Part shown: positions 28,780 to 38,711 of the stretch, piece after piece
Position numbering within the stretch: the first letter of the stretch is position 1
Layout: the number at the start of each line of letters is the position of its first letter
Assembly: GCA_035361075.1 (NCBI GenBank)
Contig: DAOSBX010000005.1
Location: 27,127-91,126, forward strand
DNA length: 64,000 nucleotides
Direction of reading: 5' to 3'
Source of the DNA: Candidatus Hydrogenedens sp.
Lineage (GTDB): Bacteria; Hydrogenedentota; Hydrogenedentia; Hydrogenedentales; Hydrogenedentaceae
Made by a program: the position numbers and the translations under genes
The notes under the pieces: generated by a model
Databases searched by the model: none
The model's input: only the letters and a program-made list of their open reading frames with translations
Told to the model about the DNA's origin: nothing

Positions 28780-29238
28780 TTGATAAATATGGACATATCA
28801 AAAATAGTTAAGATTTTGATAGTATTGATTCTCTTAGTAATTGGAGGTCCGATTTTAATACAGTTTTTACCATCACCATTAACAATGGAACGAATTGCAG
28901 ATGGCTTAAAAAAATCGGATTTGGGAATTTATGAGATACGGAATGTTGAACCGCCAACATGTGAATCAATAGCACAAATTCAATTTACTGTGAATGGTGC
29001 CATAGGAAATGTTTATCAATATGATAATGAAGGGACAATAGCCCGATATGCAGAGATGTATAAAAAGGACCCTGGCACGGCTATTGTAGAGGCATGGGGA
29101 TTGGCTCAATCATTAGGTGCTGCACCTCCCAGAAATAAACCTGAAAAGGTGGCTCGTCGACGAATGTTTTTACTTGTTGTTCAGGGCGACGACCCTAATT
29201 TATTAGAACGTATCGTTAAAATTTTTCAGTCAATATAA
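28780..29238 (+). CDS. Hypothetical membrane-anchored protein
   Basis: 152 aa with a single N-terminal transmembrane helix (IVKILIVLILLVIGGPILIQF). No recognised domain. Confidence 0.35.
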   Translation: MINMDISKIVKILIVLILLVIGGPILIQFLPSPLTMERIADGLKKSDLGIYEIRNVEPPTCESIAQIQFTVNGAIGNVYQYDNEGTIARYAEMYKKDPGTAIVEAWGLAQSLGAAPPRNKPEKVARRRMFLLVVQGDDPNLLERIVKIFQSI

Positions 29239-29280
29239 TTACGATACCATTAGACAACAGGGGTGAAATAAACTGGTATG

Positions 29281-31320
29281 TTATTCGTTCCCCGCTTCTC
29301 TTGATTTTTCGTAGGCTGAGATAATATCTTTTGCAATAAATTCAGGCACTTCATCATAATGGCTAAATTTTAGGTCAAAGAAGCCTCTTCCGCCAGTCAT
29401 ACTTCTAAGGTCAGTAGCATACCTTAGAATTTCTGCTTCTGGGACGAGAGCACGAATGCGTTGTAATCCACCACCGATAGGTTCCATCCCTAGAATACGT
29501 CCTCGCCGACTGTTCAAATCGCCTGTAATATCACCCATAAAATCTTCAGGTACGGTAACGGTAATTTCCATAATAGGTTCTAACAAGCAGGGATTGGCTT
29601 CTTTTACGCCTTTTTGAATAGCCAAAGAAGCTGCAATTTTAAATGCGAGTTCTGACGAATCCACAGGGTGATAAGAACCGAAGAATAGTTCTACGACAAT
29701 ATCAACTACAGGATGTCCTGAAATAACACCTTTGGCAAGGGCTTCTTGAGCACCTTTATCAACTGCAGGAATATATTGTTTTGGGACAACACCACCTACG
29801 ATACTGTCGACAAATTTATATCCTTGTCCTCGTTCATTAGGGGATATCCGCAAATGAACATCACCATACTGTCCATGACCTCCAGTTTGTTTTTTGTATT
29901 TCCCTTGAACTTCTGCCTTGCCACGGACGGTTTCTTTATATGCAACTTTTGGGATACGTGTTTCAGCTTCTACGTTATATTTCCGCTTCATTCGATTCAA
30001 TAAAATTTCGATTTGTAAATCACCCATTCCACGAATTACATGTTCTCCTGTTTCATTGTCACGGTAGTGGCTAAATGTCGGGTCTTCTTCCGCCATACGG
30101 TTTAAGGCTTCACCAATACGGTCCTCGTCATTTCTGGATTTTGGTGATATTGCTAACTTGACCATAGATTGAGGCAGTTCAATCTGAGGAAGTTTTATGT
30201 CATTTCCTGGAATAGAAAGGGTATCTCCAAAATGTGTATTTTTTAGTTTCGTCATAGCCGCAATATCACCAGGACCCACTTCTGCAACCTGTTTCTGTTC
30301 TTTTCCTAACATCATTACGATTTTCCCAGAGCGTTCTTTCGTTTGTGTATTGCAATTGTAAAATTCTGAATCCGAACGAAGTGTCCCAGAGAATACGCGA
30401 AAATATGTAAGGTGTCCAACAAAGGGGTCAACCATGGAACGAAAAACCTGAGCCACAAACGGTCCATCGGGGTCGGGTGTAATAACAACATTTTCACCTG
30501 CTGAATTTGTCGCAACAACTTTTCTTTCCAATGGGTTCGGAAATGAACTGGCTATAATATCCAATAATTCCTCATGTCCGATTCCTTTGCTTACACTTCC
30601 AGCGATAATAGGAATAATCTTACCCGTACTAATTCCTTTTTGTAGTCCTTTATCAAATTCTTCCTGAGAAAGTTCAAATGTTTCAAGATATTTTTCCATT
30701 AAAGCCTCATCTGTTTCCGCAACGACCTCGACGATGGCTTCTTTTGCTTTTTCTGCTTCGGCACCTAAAACAGATGCATCTCCTGTGACGATATTAACTA
30801 CGCCACTTAAATTAGAGGCTTCACCAATTGGCATAACTATAGGGACGCAATGTTTGCCATAGGCTGCCTGTATTTTTTCGACAACTTCTTTAAAGTTGGT
30901 ATGTTCACGGTCAAGTTTATTTACAAAAATAGCACGCGGAATATGACTTTTCTCTGCATATTTCCAAGCCATGTCTGTTCCTACTTGGACACCTGTTGTC
31001 GCATCGACAACTATAATTAAGGAATCAAGAACAGCAGAGGATGCGGCTAATTCGCCGATAAAGTCGGAATATCCAGGATGGTCAATAATATGGATTCGTG
31101 TTCCTTTCCAATCTAAATGAACAAGTTTCATTGTTATGGAACACTTACGATCTTTCTCATCTTCAAGATAATCACAAACCGTATTTCCATCTTCAATGCT
31201 TCCCAACCGGCTTGTAATACCAGCAGAATATAATATGCGTTCAATCAACATTGTTTTTCCTACACCACCATGCCCGGCAAAACCAACGTTACGAACTTTT
31301 CGAGGGTCAAACTGTGCCAT
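29281..31320 (-). CDS. Elongation factor G family GTPase (divergent EF-G paralog)
   Basis: 679 aa with five-domain EF-G organisation. G1 GHGGVGKT (not the canonical AHIDAGKT), G3 DHPGY, G4 NKLD. Domain IV/V region conserved (GYKFVDSIVGGVVPKQYIPAVDKG). Confidence 0.7.
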   Translation of the reverse strand: MAQFDPRKVRNVGFAGHGGVGKTMLIERILYSAGITSRLGSIEDGNTVCDYLEDEKDRKCSITMKLVHLDWKGTRIHIIDHPGYSDFIGELAASSAVLDSLIIVVDATTGVQVGTDMAWKYAEKSHIPRAIFVNKLDREHTNFKEVVEKIQAAYGKHCVPIVMPIGEASNLSGVVNIVTGDASVLGAEAEKAKEAIVEVVAETDEALMEKYLETFELSQEEFDKGLQKGISTGKIIPIIAGSVSKGIGHEELLDIIASSFPNPLERKVVATNSAGENVVITPDPDGPFVAQVFRSMVDPFVGHLTYFRVFSGTLRSDSEFYNCNTQTKERSGKIVMMLGKEQKQVAEVGPGDIAAMTKLKNTHFGDTLSIPGNDIKLPQIELPQSMVKLAISPKSRNDEDRIGEALNRMAEEDPTFSHYRDNETGEHVIRGMGDLQIEILLNRMKRKYNVEAETRIPKVAYKETVRGKAEVQGKYKKQTGGHGQYGDVHLRISPNERGQGYKFVDSIVGGVVPKQYIPAVDKGAQEALAKGVISGHPVVDIVVELFFGSYHPVDSSELAFKIAASLAIQKGVKEANPCLLEPIMEITVTVPEDFMGDITGDLNSRRGRILGMEPIGGGLQRIRALVPEAEILRYATDLRSMTGGRGFFDLKFSHYDEVPEFIAKDIISAYEKSREAGNE

Positions 31321-31512
31321 GAGACAACTCCATCCTTATTTAAGGTTAATAGGTTTCGTTGAGACAAACTCTGTAAAATTAAAAAGATACTACACAGTCA
31401 GTCATTTTTATTTATAATAATAGAGTAGGTATTATACTTATTATTCACGCTTATCCTCAAATTAGATGATAAATGTAGCAATAAAAAAGGAACAAAGTCG
31501 GAGATTATAAAA

Positions 31513-32541
31513 GTGAAGAATATACCGAAAAAAAAGGTTTTTATAAAGATAATTATTTTTATATTGATATTGTTGCCATTGCTTATTTATATGTTTTTTA
31601 TATCTCATGCGATTGCTGCAGAAAAAATACGGAGGCCATCATCTGCAGGTGTCTTATATCCACAAGAACCTACAGTATTAAAAGAAACCCTTCAAAAAAT
31701 GTATGGGGAACTGCAACCAGTACCAGCGACAAGCGATAAATTAGTAGCGTGTGTTGTTCCACATTCAGGTTGGGGACTTTGTGGAAATTTAATTGCACGC
31801 TCTTTTAATGAATTAAAGGAGGGAGAGTTTAACAATATTATTATTCTTGCACCTTCTCATCGTTTCAATATCCATGGTTGTTCTATGCCATCTGTTCAGG
31901 GATTCGCAACACCCTTAGGAGTTGTGCGTGTTAATTATGAGATAATGGAAAAATTAGCTTTATCCCCATATATTATAATGCAGTCGTTGCAAAAGACAGC
32001 TCGGCCTGGAAAGTTGGCAATACATGAACAAGAGTATTCAATAGAAGTGTTATTACCTATGCTCCAATATAAGATGAAAAAATTAGAAATTGTCCCAGTA
32101 ATAGTTGGGGATTTTGTTGATACTTATGGAAAGGAAAGCCAAATTGTATTTAAAGATATTGTTGAAACTTTTAGAAGAGCAATGACTGAAAAAACATTGG
32201 TAATTTTAAGTACAGACCTAACTTCTTGGGGAACTTCTTTTAATTTTACACCTGCCCCAAATGAGCAAATGCTGGAAGAACAGGAAAAGTTAGACCGTGA
32301 ATTAATAGAACTGCTGTTAAATAAAGACTTTTATGGACTACAAGATTATTTTGAACGGACGAAAAATCCTGTGTGTGGTAAGTATGCGATGTACCTGTTT
32401 TTAACTTTATTACCTAAAAATGCCAAAGGTGTATTGTTAGGCTATGAACAATCTGGTCGCAAAATGAATCTTAAGGATACTTCAATAGGTTTCTCTGCTA
32501 TCAATTATTACGTTCCTTCAGTTGGTGGAACTCCACAATAA
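31513..32541 (+). CDS. MEMO1-family (AmmeMemoRadiSam system protein B-like) protein with N-terminal signal/anchor
   Basis: VVPHSGWGLCGNLIARSF...IIILAPSH match Memo-family blocks. N-terminal KKKVFIKIIIFILILLPLLIYMFFISHAIAA is a signal peptide or transmembrane anchor. Confidence 0.5.
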   Translation: MKNIPKKKVFIKIIIFILILLPLLIYMFFISHAIAAEKIRRPSSAGVLYPQEPTVLKETLQKMYGELQPVPATSDKLVACVVPHSGWGLCGNLIARSFNELKEGEFNNIIILAPSHRFNIHGCSMPSVQGFATPLGVVRVNYEIMEKLALSPYIIMQSLQKTARPGKLAIHEQEYSIEVLLPMLQYKMKKLEIVPVIVGDFVDTYGKESQIVFKDIVETFRRAMTEKTLVILSTDLTSWGTSFNFTPAPNEQMLEEQEKLDRELIELLLNKDFYGLQDYFERTKNPVCGKYAMYLFLTLLPKNAKGVLLGYEQSGRKMNLKDTSIGFSAINYYVPSVGGTPQ

Positions 32542-32569
32542 GTTTACAATACAAAATAATAGGAATATT

Positions 32570-33262
32570 CTAAATATTATCAATAATTAATTGCTTTAAG
32601 CGGGGAAGAAATTGATAACAACCTATTTGTGCGTTGTTAATTACATGTTCATGGGTTAGAATTGATGAATCAAAGCAGTAGTTCGTGATACATGAGAACA
32701 TGGCTGTTTTTATCCTGTGTTTTAATGACCAATAAAGTTCAGGAGCACCACTCATCCCTACAACATCACCACCCATTTCTAAAAATAAACGAAGTTCGGA
32801 TTTTGTTTCATAGTTAGGACCTACCACCCAGATATACGTTCCGTTATTATGATAATTGTTAAATATCCATGAAGGGATTAATTCATTTGGTAGTTTAATT
32901 CCATGATATGTAATGGGAGTTATCCGATGTATTGCTATAAATGAAGGGAGAGGAAATTTATTTTTCAATCCACCTACTGCATTTATGAGTATTAAGTGAG
33001 ACACTCCCTTTTCTTTGAAATATAAGAGAAATTCACAAATATGTTCCGATGTGTACCCCTCATACAAATGAATTCTTCCATTACATATTAATGTAGGTAT
33101 TGAATGTAATGTGCCCTCTAATATTTGATAACTATGTCCCTTTATGTTTCCGTAGAATTTTGGAAAAATTTCTGCGAATGTTCTTTTGCTATGGCAGGTA
33201 TCTAATATGTTGGAGAAGTCCAACCCTGAGCCAGTAATGATGCCTAATTTTATGTGTGCCAT
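32570..33262 (-). CDS. Purine nucleoside phosphorylase family I (PNP/MTAP-like)
   Basis: GIITGSGL phosphate loop. NGRIHLYEGYTSEHICEFLLYFKEKGVSHLILINAVGGL closely parallels PNP GRFHMYEGY...VTNAAGGL. Confidence 0.6.
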   Translation of the reverse strand: MAHIKLGIITGSGLDFSNILDTCHSKRTFAEIFPKFYGNIKGHSYQILEGTLHSIPTLICNGRIHLYEGYTSEHICEFLLYFKEKGVSHLILINAVGGLKNKFPLPSFIAIHRITPITYHGIKLPNELIPSWIFNNYHNNGTYIWVVGPNYETKSELRLFLEMGGDVVGMSGAPELYWSLKHRIKTAMFSCITNYCFDSSILTHEHVINNAQIGCYQFLPRLKQLIIDNI

Positions 33263-34287
33263 GGTGATGGTAAGAAAAGTTTTTGGTAAGTATTTAGTGC
33301 ATATTCATCTGTCATGCCTGCAAGAAAATCAATAACTTTACGCTCCAACGTCTCTTCAGTATTGGCATAATTCTCATGCAGTTCTTTAGGTGGATATTTC
33401 ATTAAATAATGGAATAGTTCGCTCACAATTCGTTGTGCTTTATTAATTTCCTTCGCAATTGGTGGTGATGGGTATAATTTTTCGAACAAAAATGTTCTTA
33501 GTTCAACAATTGCATCTCTAATTTCTGGAATAATTTGAATTGTCTGCTTATCTATGGAACCTTCTATCACGCCTCGAACCATAGTATCAATTTGTTTTGA
33601 GGGAGTAGTACCGAGGATTTTTATTGCGTGTTGTGGCAATTCTTTGGTTGTTAAAATACCCGCACGAATAGCATCATCAATGTCGTGAGTGATATATGCA
33701 ATAACATCACTAAGGCTGACTACCAATGCTTCAAAACTAATCCCTTCTGGACAAGGCTCTCCTGACAAAATGCATTTTCCCTTTGAATGGTCACGAATGC
33801 CTTCCCGAACCTCATATGTGAGGTTAAGACCTTTTTTTCCCTGTCTTTGTTCGAGGATATCGACGACACGTAAACTCTGTTCAGCATGATTAAATCCGAA
33901 CGAAGATAATTCGTTAAGTACTCGCTCTCCAGCATGTCCAAAAGGTGTATGTCCCAGGTCATGTCCTAAAGCGATAGCTTCTGTAAGGTCTTCATTTAGT
34001 CTTAACACACGTGAAATAGAACGTGCTATCTGGACGACTTCAAGAGTATGAGTTAACCGTGTTCGATAATGGTCACCTAATGGAGCAAGAAAGACTTGTG
34101 TCTTTCGCTTTAACCGTCGAAATGCCTTTGAATGGATAATGCGGTCACGGTCTCGTTGAAAACATGTACGATAGGGGTCATCTTTCTCAGGTGATAACCG
34201 ACCTCTGGAATTTTTAGCAAGGCAAGCAATAGGGGAGAGCCATAGTGCTTCTCTTTCTTCATATAATTCGCGGAATGTTTTTTCCAT
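33250..34287 (-). CDS. dGTP triphosphohydrolase-like HD-domain protein (Dgt family, short form)
   Basis: HSKAFRRLKRKTQVF...DHYRTRLTHTLEVVQIARSI...GHDLGHTPFGHAGE, with an HD motif. 13-bp overlap with the PNP gene. Confidence 0.7.
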   Translation of the reverse strand: MEKTFRELYEEREALWLSPIACLAKNSRGRLSPEKDDPYRTCFQRDRDRIIHSKAFRRLKRKTQVFLAPLGDHYRTRLTHTLEVVQIARSISRVLRLNEDLTEAIALGHDLGHTPFGHAGERVLNELSSFGFNHAEQSLRVVDILEQRQGKKGLNLTYEVREGIRDHSKGKCILSGEPCPEGISFEALVVSLSDVIAYITHDIDDAIRAGILTTKELPQHAIKILGTTPSKQIDTMVRGVIEGSIDKQTIQIIPEIRDAIVELRTFLFEKLYPSPPIAKEINKAQRIVSELFHYLMKYPPKELHENYANTEETLERKVIDFLAGMTDEYALNTYQKLFLPSPWHT

Positions 34288-34292
34288 AAATA

Positions 34293-35651
34293 TTAAAGCT
34301 CCGTTAAATATGAAGCAGAAGGGCTTGTCTCGGCAATAAACATACCTTGTGCTGATGAAAGTCCCAAATATTGTTTGTAGTATTGTTGTTCAACATATTC
34401 CATAAATTGTTCGACTTTTTCGTTAGGAACAAGATTTACAGTACATCCACCGAAACCTGCGCCAGTGAGCCGTGAGCCAATGGCTCCTGCTCTACGGGCA
34501 ATGTGGGTTAATGTGTCTAATTCAGAAATACTTATTTGATAATCATTAGCACAGCTATAATGTGATTCATTCATTAATACACCAAAGGTATAAGCATCAT
34601 TTGCTAATAAAGCATCTTGGCACTTTTCTACACGACTATGTTCTGATATAACATGACGAATACGTGCTTTTAACGGGAAACCTGCTGGTGGCTCTTCGAC
34701 ATCAGGTAACCATCGTTCTCTTACTTCTTTAGGGGATAATTCGAGGAGATAAGCGATTTCTTTTATTGACAAATGGTCTTTATGAATAACATGTTCTGTT
34801 AGTTCGTGTATTTCTTTTGAGGAAAGACATAAATCACCCGTCCATAAATCGCTTAACCTCTCTATATGGAAGGTATTGCCTAATTCTTTCTGCATATAGT
34901 GTTCAATTAAAGCACAAGAAAGACGACATAAACGAGGTCCTATGTTATATCGTGACAAACATTCGCCTGTTTTTTGTGCACGAATAGTAGAGTCGCAAAC
35001 AACAAAAGTATAGTTCTCAAATAATGGAATTAAATGGGTACGTATTGGAAAGAAATCAATTTTGCAGGCATGCCCTTTTGCACCGTTTAATATAACAGTC
35101 TGGTCCATACCTCCACCGCGTGTGCCAACGAAATGCTCTGCTTCCGCCATTAATTCCGCTAATTCAGAGCGAGTAATGTCTTTATCCAATTCTTTCCCTA
35201 ATATTTTTAGGTAAACAAGAGAGGCTGTTACTACAAGGGCAGAAGATGAACTTAATCCTGTAGCAATAGGAAGATTACTACTTATATAAAGGTTAAAACC
35301 TGGGTAATGTTTAATTTTGTATTTTTGATTTAATGCAATAATCGCCGCCTTAATATAATTATCCCACGAGCCTGTAGGCGAGGGAGGTATGAATGGTGCA
35401 TTTGATATGCACATTGATGGGAATCGGCTATCTTCGTTTACAAGATAAATTTGATTATCGTTGCGTGGAGTAAATATAGCATGGACTTCTTTGTTTAACG
35501 TGATGGGTAATACTGAAAAACCATTATAATCTGTATGTTCACCAATCAAGTTTACCCTGCCTGGAACACGACATAATCCTATTTGTTTGGGATTAACATT
35601 TTGACCCGGAAATTTTTCTAATATCTTTCTTATATCTGCATTTTTAATCAT
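34293..35651 (-). CDS. galK: Galactokinase-type GHMP kinase
   Basis: Galactokinase signature GRVNLIGEHTDYNGFSVLPI. GHMP ATP motif PIATGLSSSSA. C-terminal GAGFGGCTVNLV. Confidence 0.65.
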   Translation of the reverse strand: MIKNADIRKILEKFPGQNVNPKQIGLCRVPGRVNLIGEHTDYNGFSVLPITLNKEVHAIFTPRNDNQIYLVNEDSRFPSMCISNAPFIPPSPTGSWDNYIKAAIIALNQKYKIKHYPGFNLYISSNLPIATGLSSSSALVVTASLVYLKILGKELDKDITRSELAELMAEAEHFVGTRGGGMDQTVILNGAKGHACKIDFFPIRTHLIPLFENYTFVVCDSTIRAQKTGECLSRYNIGPRLCRLSCALIEHYMQKELGNTFHIERLSDLWTGDLCLSSKEIHELTEHVIHKDHLSIKEIAYLLELSPKEVRERWLPDVEEPPAGFPLKARIRHVISEHSRVEKCQDALLANDAYTFGVLMNESHYSCANDYQISISELDTLTHIARRAGAIGSRLTGAGFGGCTVNLVPNEKVEQFMEYVEQQYYKQYLGLSSAQGMFIAETSPSASYLTEL

Positions 35652-35819
35652 ACATATCTCTCTATTTTTTACTTCAGAAACATTTATTTATCTAATTAAG
35701 GATTTCCAAAAAGTATTTAATTATACAAATTTTATATCATCAAATTATCAATATAATGTTCAGCAAGGTTAAAATATGGATAAACAAATTAGATACTTTT
35801 ATTAGTTTATATCAAGAAT

Positions 35820-36803
35820 ATGTCTATTAGAAAAAAAATATATTTTGTAACACCCTTTAATATTACTGATTATCCGCTTTCGTGGAAAGCATATTATTGT
35901 GTAGAGTTGTTTTCAGAATTAGCGAAGAGAGGATATATAGTAACATGGCTTCAACCATCTAAAGATATTTTTTCATTGAATTTGTTTCCATCTCTTTCAC
36001 GATGGAGAGATTTTTTTGTCATTAATATTGGAAATTATTATACCTATCGTTGGTATATGCCTTTTTTCTTATCACGATTGAAAAAGGTTAGTAAAGATGT
36101 TCGACCGTTTATTCTTTTTGAAATTATTGATAAGAACCCCTTACCTATAAATATTGACCAGGATTATTTTGTAATTCCCATTATTTTCTCTTTAGGTCGA
36201 AAATGGATTCCGACAGATGAGTTTCCAGGACCCGTAATTGTTCCTGATAAAAAGACATTTATTGAGTTAGTAGAAAGAGGGATTCCTCATACCTACCTAA
36301 ATTATATACCATGTGCATACAATCGTTATGAAAATGTAAGTAATGAAAATTGTCAAGATTATTTAATCCTGATTATAGACAGCAATAGGGAATTAGAAAA
36401 AATATTTGGTTTGTTAAAAAGACAAATACCTGGACAAAGTGTAGTTTATTTTTCAAAAAAAGTTTTTAAAATGCTTAAAAATAATAATTTTTGTGAAATA
36501 TTAACATCCTTTCAAAATAATTACAAGGAAATAATAGTAGTTCTCGGTAATGGCTTGTTCCATTTGGCATTAGAACTTTCAGCCAATGGTGGAATTGTAA
36601 TAATGCCCAAAGAACGTTATTTTATTGATAACAAAATAGATATAAATATCATCTATTATAATAGTTTTTCAGAGATCCCATCTATTGTAAATGAAGTTAA
36701 GGGAAGAAAGGAGGCTATTGTTAAGCCTATAATAGATTTGGCACCTTGGAAACAGGCAGTTGCAAAAGTTGAAGAAATAGTAGCCGAAACTGTGAAAACG
36801 TAA
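35820..36803 (+). CDS. Hypothetical protein, possibly degenerate GT-B glycosyltransferase-like; low-GC gene
   Basis: 327 aa. N-terminal KIYFVTPFNI...ELAKRGYIVTWL and C-terminal IIVVLGNGLFHLALELSANGGIVIMP are loosely reminiscent of GT-B halves. Its GC content is visibly lower than its neighbours. Confidence 0.3.
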   Translation: MSIRKKIYFVTPFNITDYPLSWKAYYCVELFSELAKRGYIVTWLQPSKDIFSLNLFPSLSRWRDFFVINIGNYYTYRWYMPFFLSRLKKVSKDVRPFILFEIIDKNPLPINIDQDYFVIPIIFSLGRKWIPTDEFPGPVIVPDKKTFIELVERGIPHTYLNYIPCAYNRYENVSNENCQDYLILIIDSNRELEKIFGLLKRQIPGQSVVYFSKKVFKMLKNNNFCEILTSFQNNYKEIIVVLGNGLFHLALELSANGGIVIMPKERYFIDNKIDINIIYYNSFSEIPSIVNEVKGRKEAIVKPIIDLAPWKQAVAKVEEIVAETVKT

Positions 36804-36814
36804 TGGGAGCGTTC

Positions 36815-37843
36815 TTAATGTAGTATAACTTTTTGATTTATTTGTGCGGATTGATAGATAGCATCCAATACTTCCATATAGTGTAGCCCATCTTCAAAAT
36901 TGGGATGGTATGATTTCCCAAAAAGAACCGCATCAATGAAATCTTTCTCCACACTCCAATTTTTTAAGTCGTAGTATTCATCTTCACGACGTTGAATAGG
37001 AATTTTATCCCCAGTTTTTTTGTATTCGTAAAGGACATCCTCTAAAACATCATAAAAGAGGGTTTTATTTTGTGTGATTATTTCAACCGTTTCCGTAGGA
37101 ATTGTGGACATCCCTGAAATTGTTAATTGCGCTGTCGCTCCACAGTCAAGTTCCAGACATGCTGTCACTTGGTCAGGGATCTGGATTTCAAGAAGTTCTC
37201 CAGTTTCTGTTTTACGAGTAGGCGTGAAAATTTGATATGTTCCAAAAACACTTTTTGTCCAGCCAAACCATCGGTGAATTAATTCAATATACATTCCTAA
37301 AGTAAGTACATTTTGCCCTGATAATCGATGATCTTTCCGCCAATGAACAGGTTTATTTGGGTCAAGATTGAAATCACAAAGGCTGGTAATACGGATTAAA
37401 TGAATATCGCCTAACGTGCCTTCTCTTCTGAGTCGCGCAATTGTTTTGTCATAAGATAAACCAAATGGGACAGGACAAAGCCCAGCAACTTTCCCAGTTC
37501 TACATGCTGTTTCGTACATCTGTTTTGCTTCAAATAAATTCATAGCCATCCGTGCTTGACAAAACACATGTTTCCCTGCCTTTAATGCAGATATACTAAC
37601 TGGGGCATGTAAATAGGGCCAGGTCCCAATCCAAACAATATCTACCTCTTTATCTTGAACTAATTCTTCCCAGCAAGAATACGTTTTGGGGATGTTGAAT
37701 TCCTTTGCTACACGTTTTGTAGATTGTTCTGTTCGATTGACAACACCCATAAATGTTATATCAGGGATTTGCCTTAATCCGGGGATATGCCGTTCCCTAC
37801 AAATATTCCCCAAGCCGACGAAAGCCACTTTTAGTTCCGGCAT
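36815..37843 (-). CDS. Gfo/Idh/MocA family NAD(P)-dependent oxidoreductase
   Basis: Rossmann start KVAFVGLGNICRERHIPGL..., then AKEFNIPKTYSCWEEL...WPYLHAPVSISALKAGKHVFCQ. Confidence 0.7.
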   Translation of the reverse strand: MPELKVAFVGLGNICRERHIPGLRQIPDITFMGVVNRTEQSTKRVAKEFNIPKTYSCWEELVQDKEVDIVWIGTWPYLHAPVSISALKAGKHVFCQARMAMNLFEAKQMYETACRTGKVAGLCPVPFGLSYDKTIARLRREGTLGDIHLIRITSLCDFNLDPNKPVHWRKDHRLSGQNVLTLGMYIELIHRWFGWTKSVFGTYQIFTPTRKTETGELLEIQIPDQVTACLELDCGATAQLTISGMSTIPTETVEIITQNKTLFYDVLEDVLYEYKKTGDKIPIQRREDEYYDLKNWSVEKDFIDAVLFGKSYHPNFEDGLHYMEVLDAIYQSAQINQKVILH

Positions 37844-37865
37844 ATGTCGAGCCTTTCATTTATTT

Positions 37866-38678
37866 TTATTTCATCTTATTTTTTAGGAACTCAGATAACC
37901 TATTTGGAAAATCTGTATTTAGAAAGTCAACACCTTCATTATATAAAATGTCCCAACATGCTTCAGTTTGAGGTGCTCCCCAAAAACGAATTTTTCTGCC
38001 TTGTTGGTGTGCTTTAGAAACGATCTCTTTAAGTTTTGCCCGTTCTTTTTCAGGCATTTCACCGATACCTAACCAGCTAAATATTTCAAACCATGAATGA
38101 CTAATCCATGGAATAATATCAACAGATGGGTTCTTTTCTAAATCTCCAACTCTACCATCAATAAATACGTATCTATTTTCGTCTTTTATGATTGCTTCGC
38201 GTGGAACAGCACCAGAAATAACAATTGTCACCGCACCCTTTATTTTTTTACCATTCTCTATCCTTGTTAAGTAAGATTTATATGGCTTTAATTGTTCTTT
38301 TAACACTAAATATGTTTCGTCAGGCTGACCTTTAAAATCAATAAGCAACCAGAAATCTGAAGCCGTTGAATACACATATCCTTGATTCTTTTCCACGAGT
38401 TCAAATAATGGTTTTAAGTACATGTCTTGTAAGTTACGTTCAGCAGTGCATTTGTCCAAGTCATGAGCAACTAACAGGTCACCATTGACTAAATGTATAT
38501 CTGCCTCTACACTACAGAATCCGTTATTTAATGCTTCGAATAGTGGTTGTTTTCGAAGGTAATCATTGTGGGAATGAGCCCGATTCAGAGGTGTTATTTT
38601 ATCATCAGTAAAAGCTGAGATAACATTGACTGATACGATGAAAAGTAATAATATTATTTTATTAAAAGGTGATTTCAT
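37866..38678 (-). CDS. Secreted PLC-like phosphodiesterase (PI-PLC X / GDPD superfamily)
   Basis: Signal peptide. HSHNDYLRKQPLFEALNNGFCSVEADIHLVNGDLLVAHD matches the catalytic His pair and TIM-barrel start of PI-PLC-like phosphodiesterases. Confidence 0.5.
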   Translation of the reverse strand: MKSPFNKIILLLFIVSVNVISAFTDDKITPLNRAHSHNDYLRKQPLFEALNNGFCSVEADIHLVNGDLLVAHDLDKCTAERNLQDMYLKPLFELVEKNQGYVYSTASDFWLLIDFKGQPDETYLVLKEQLKPYKSYLTRIENGKKIKGAVTIVISGAVPREAIIKDENRYVFIDGRVGDLEKNPSVDIIPWISHSWFEIFSWLGIGEMPEKERAKLKEIVSKAHQQGRKIRFWGAPQTEACWDILYNEGVDFLNTDFPNRLSEFLKNKMK

Positions 38679-38711
38679 GACTTATTATTTATTTATGTTT
38701 TTCGTTTTTCT

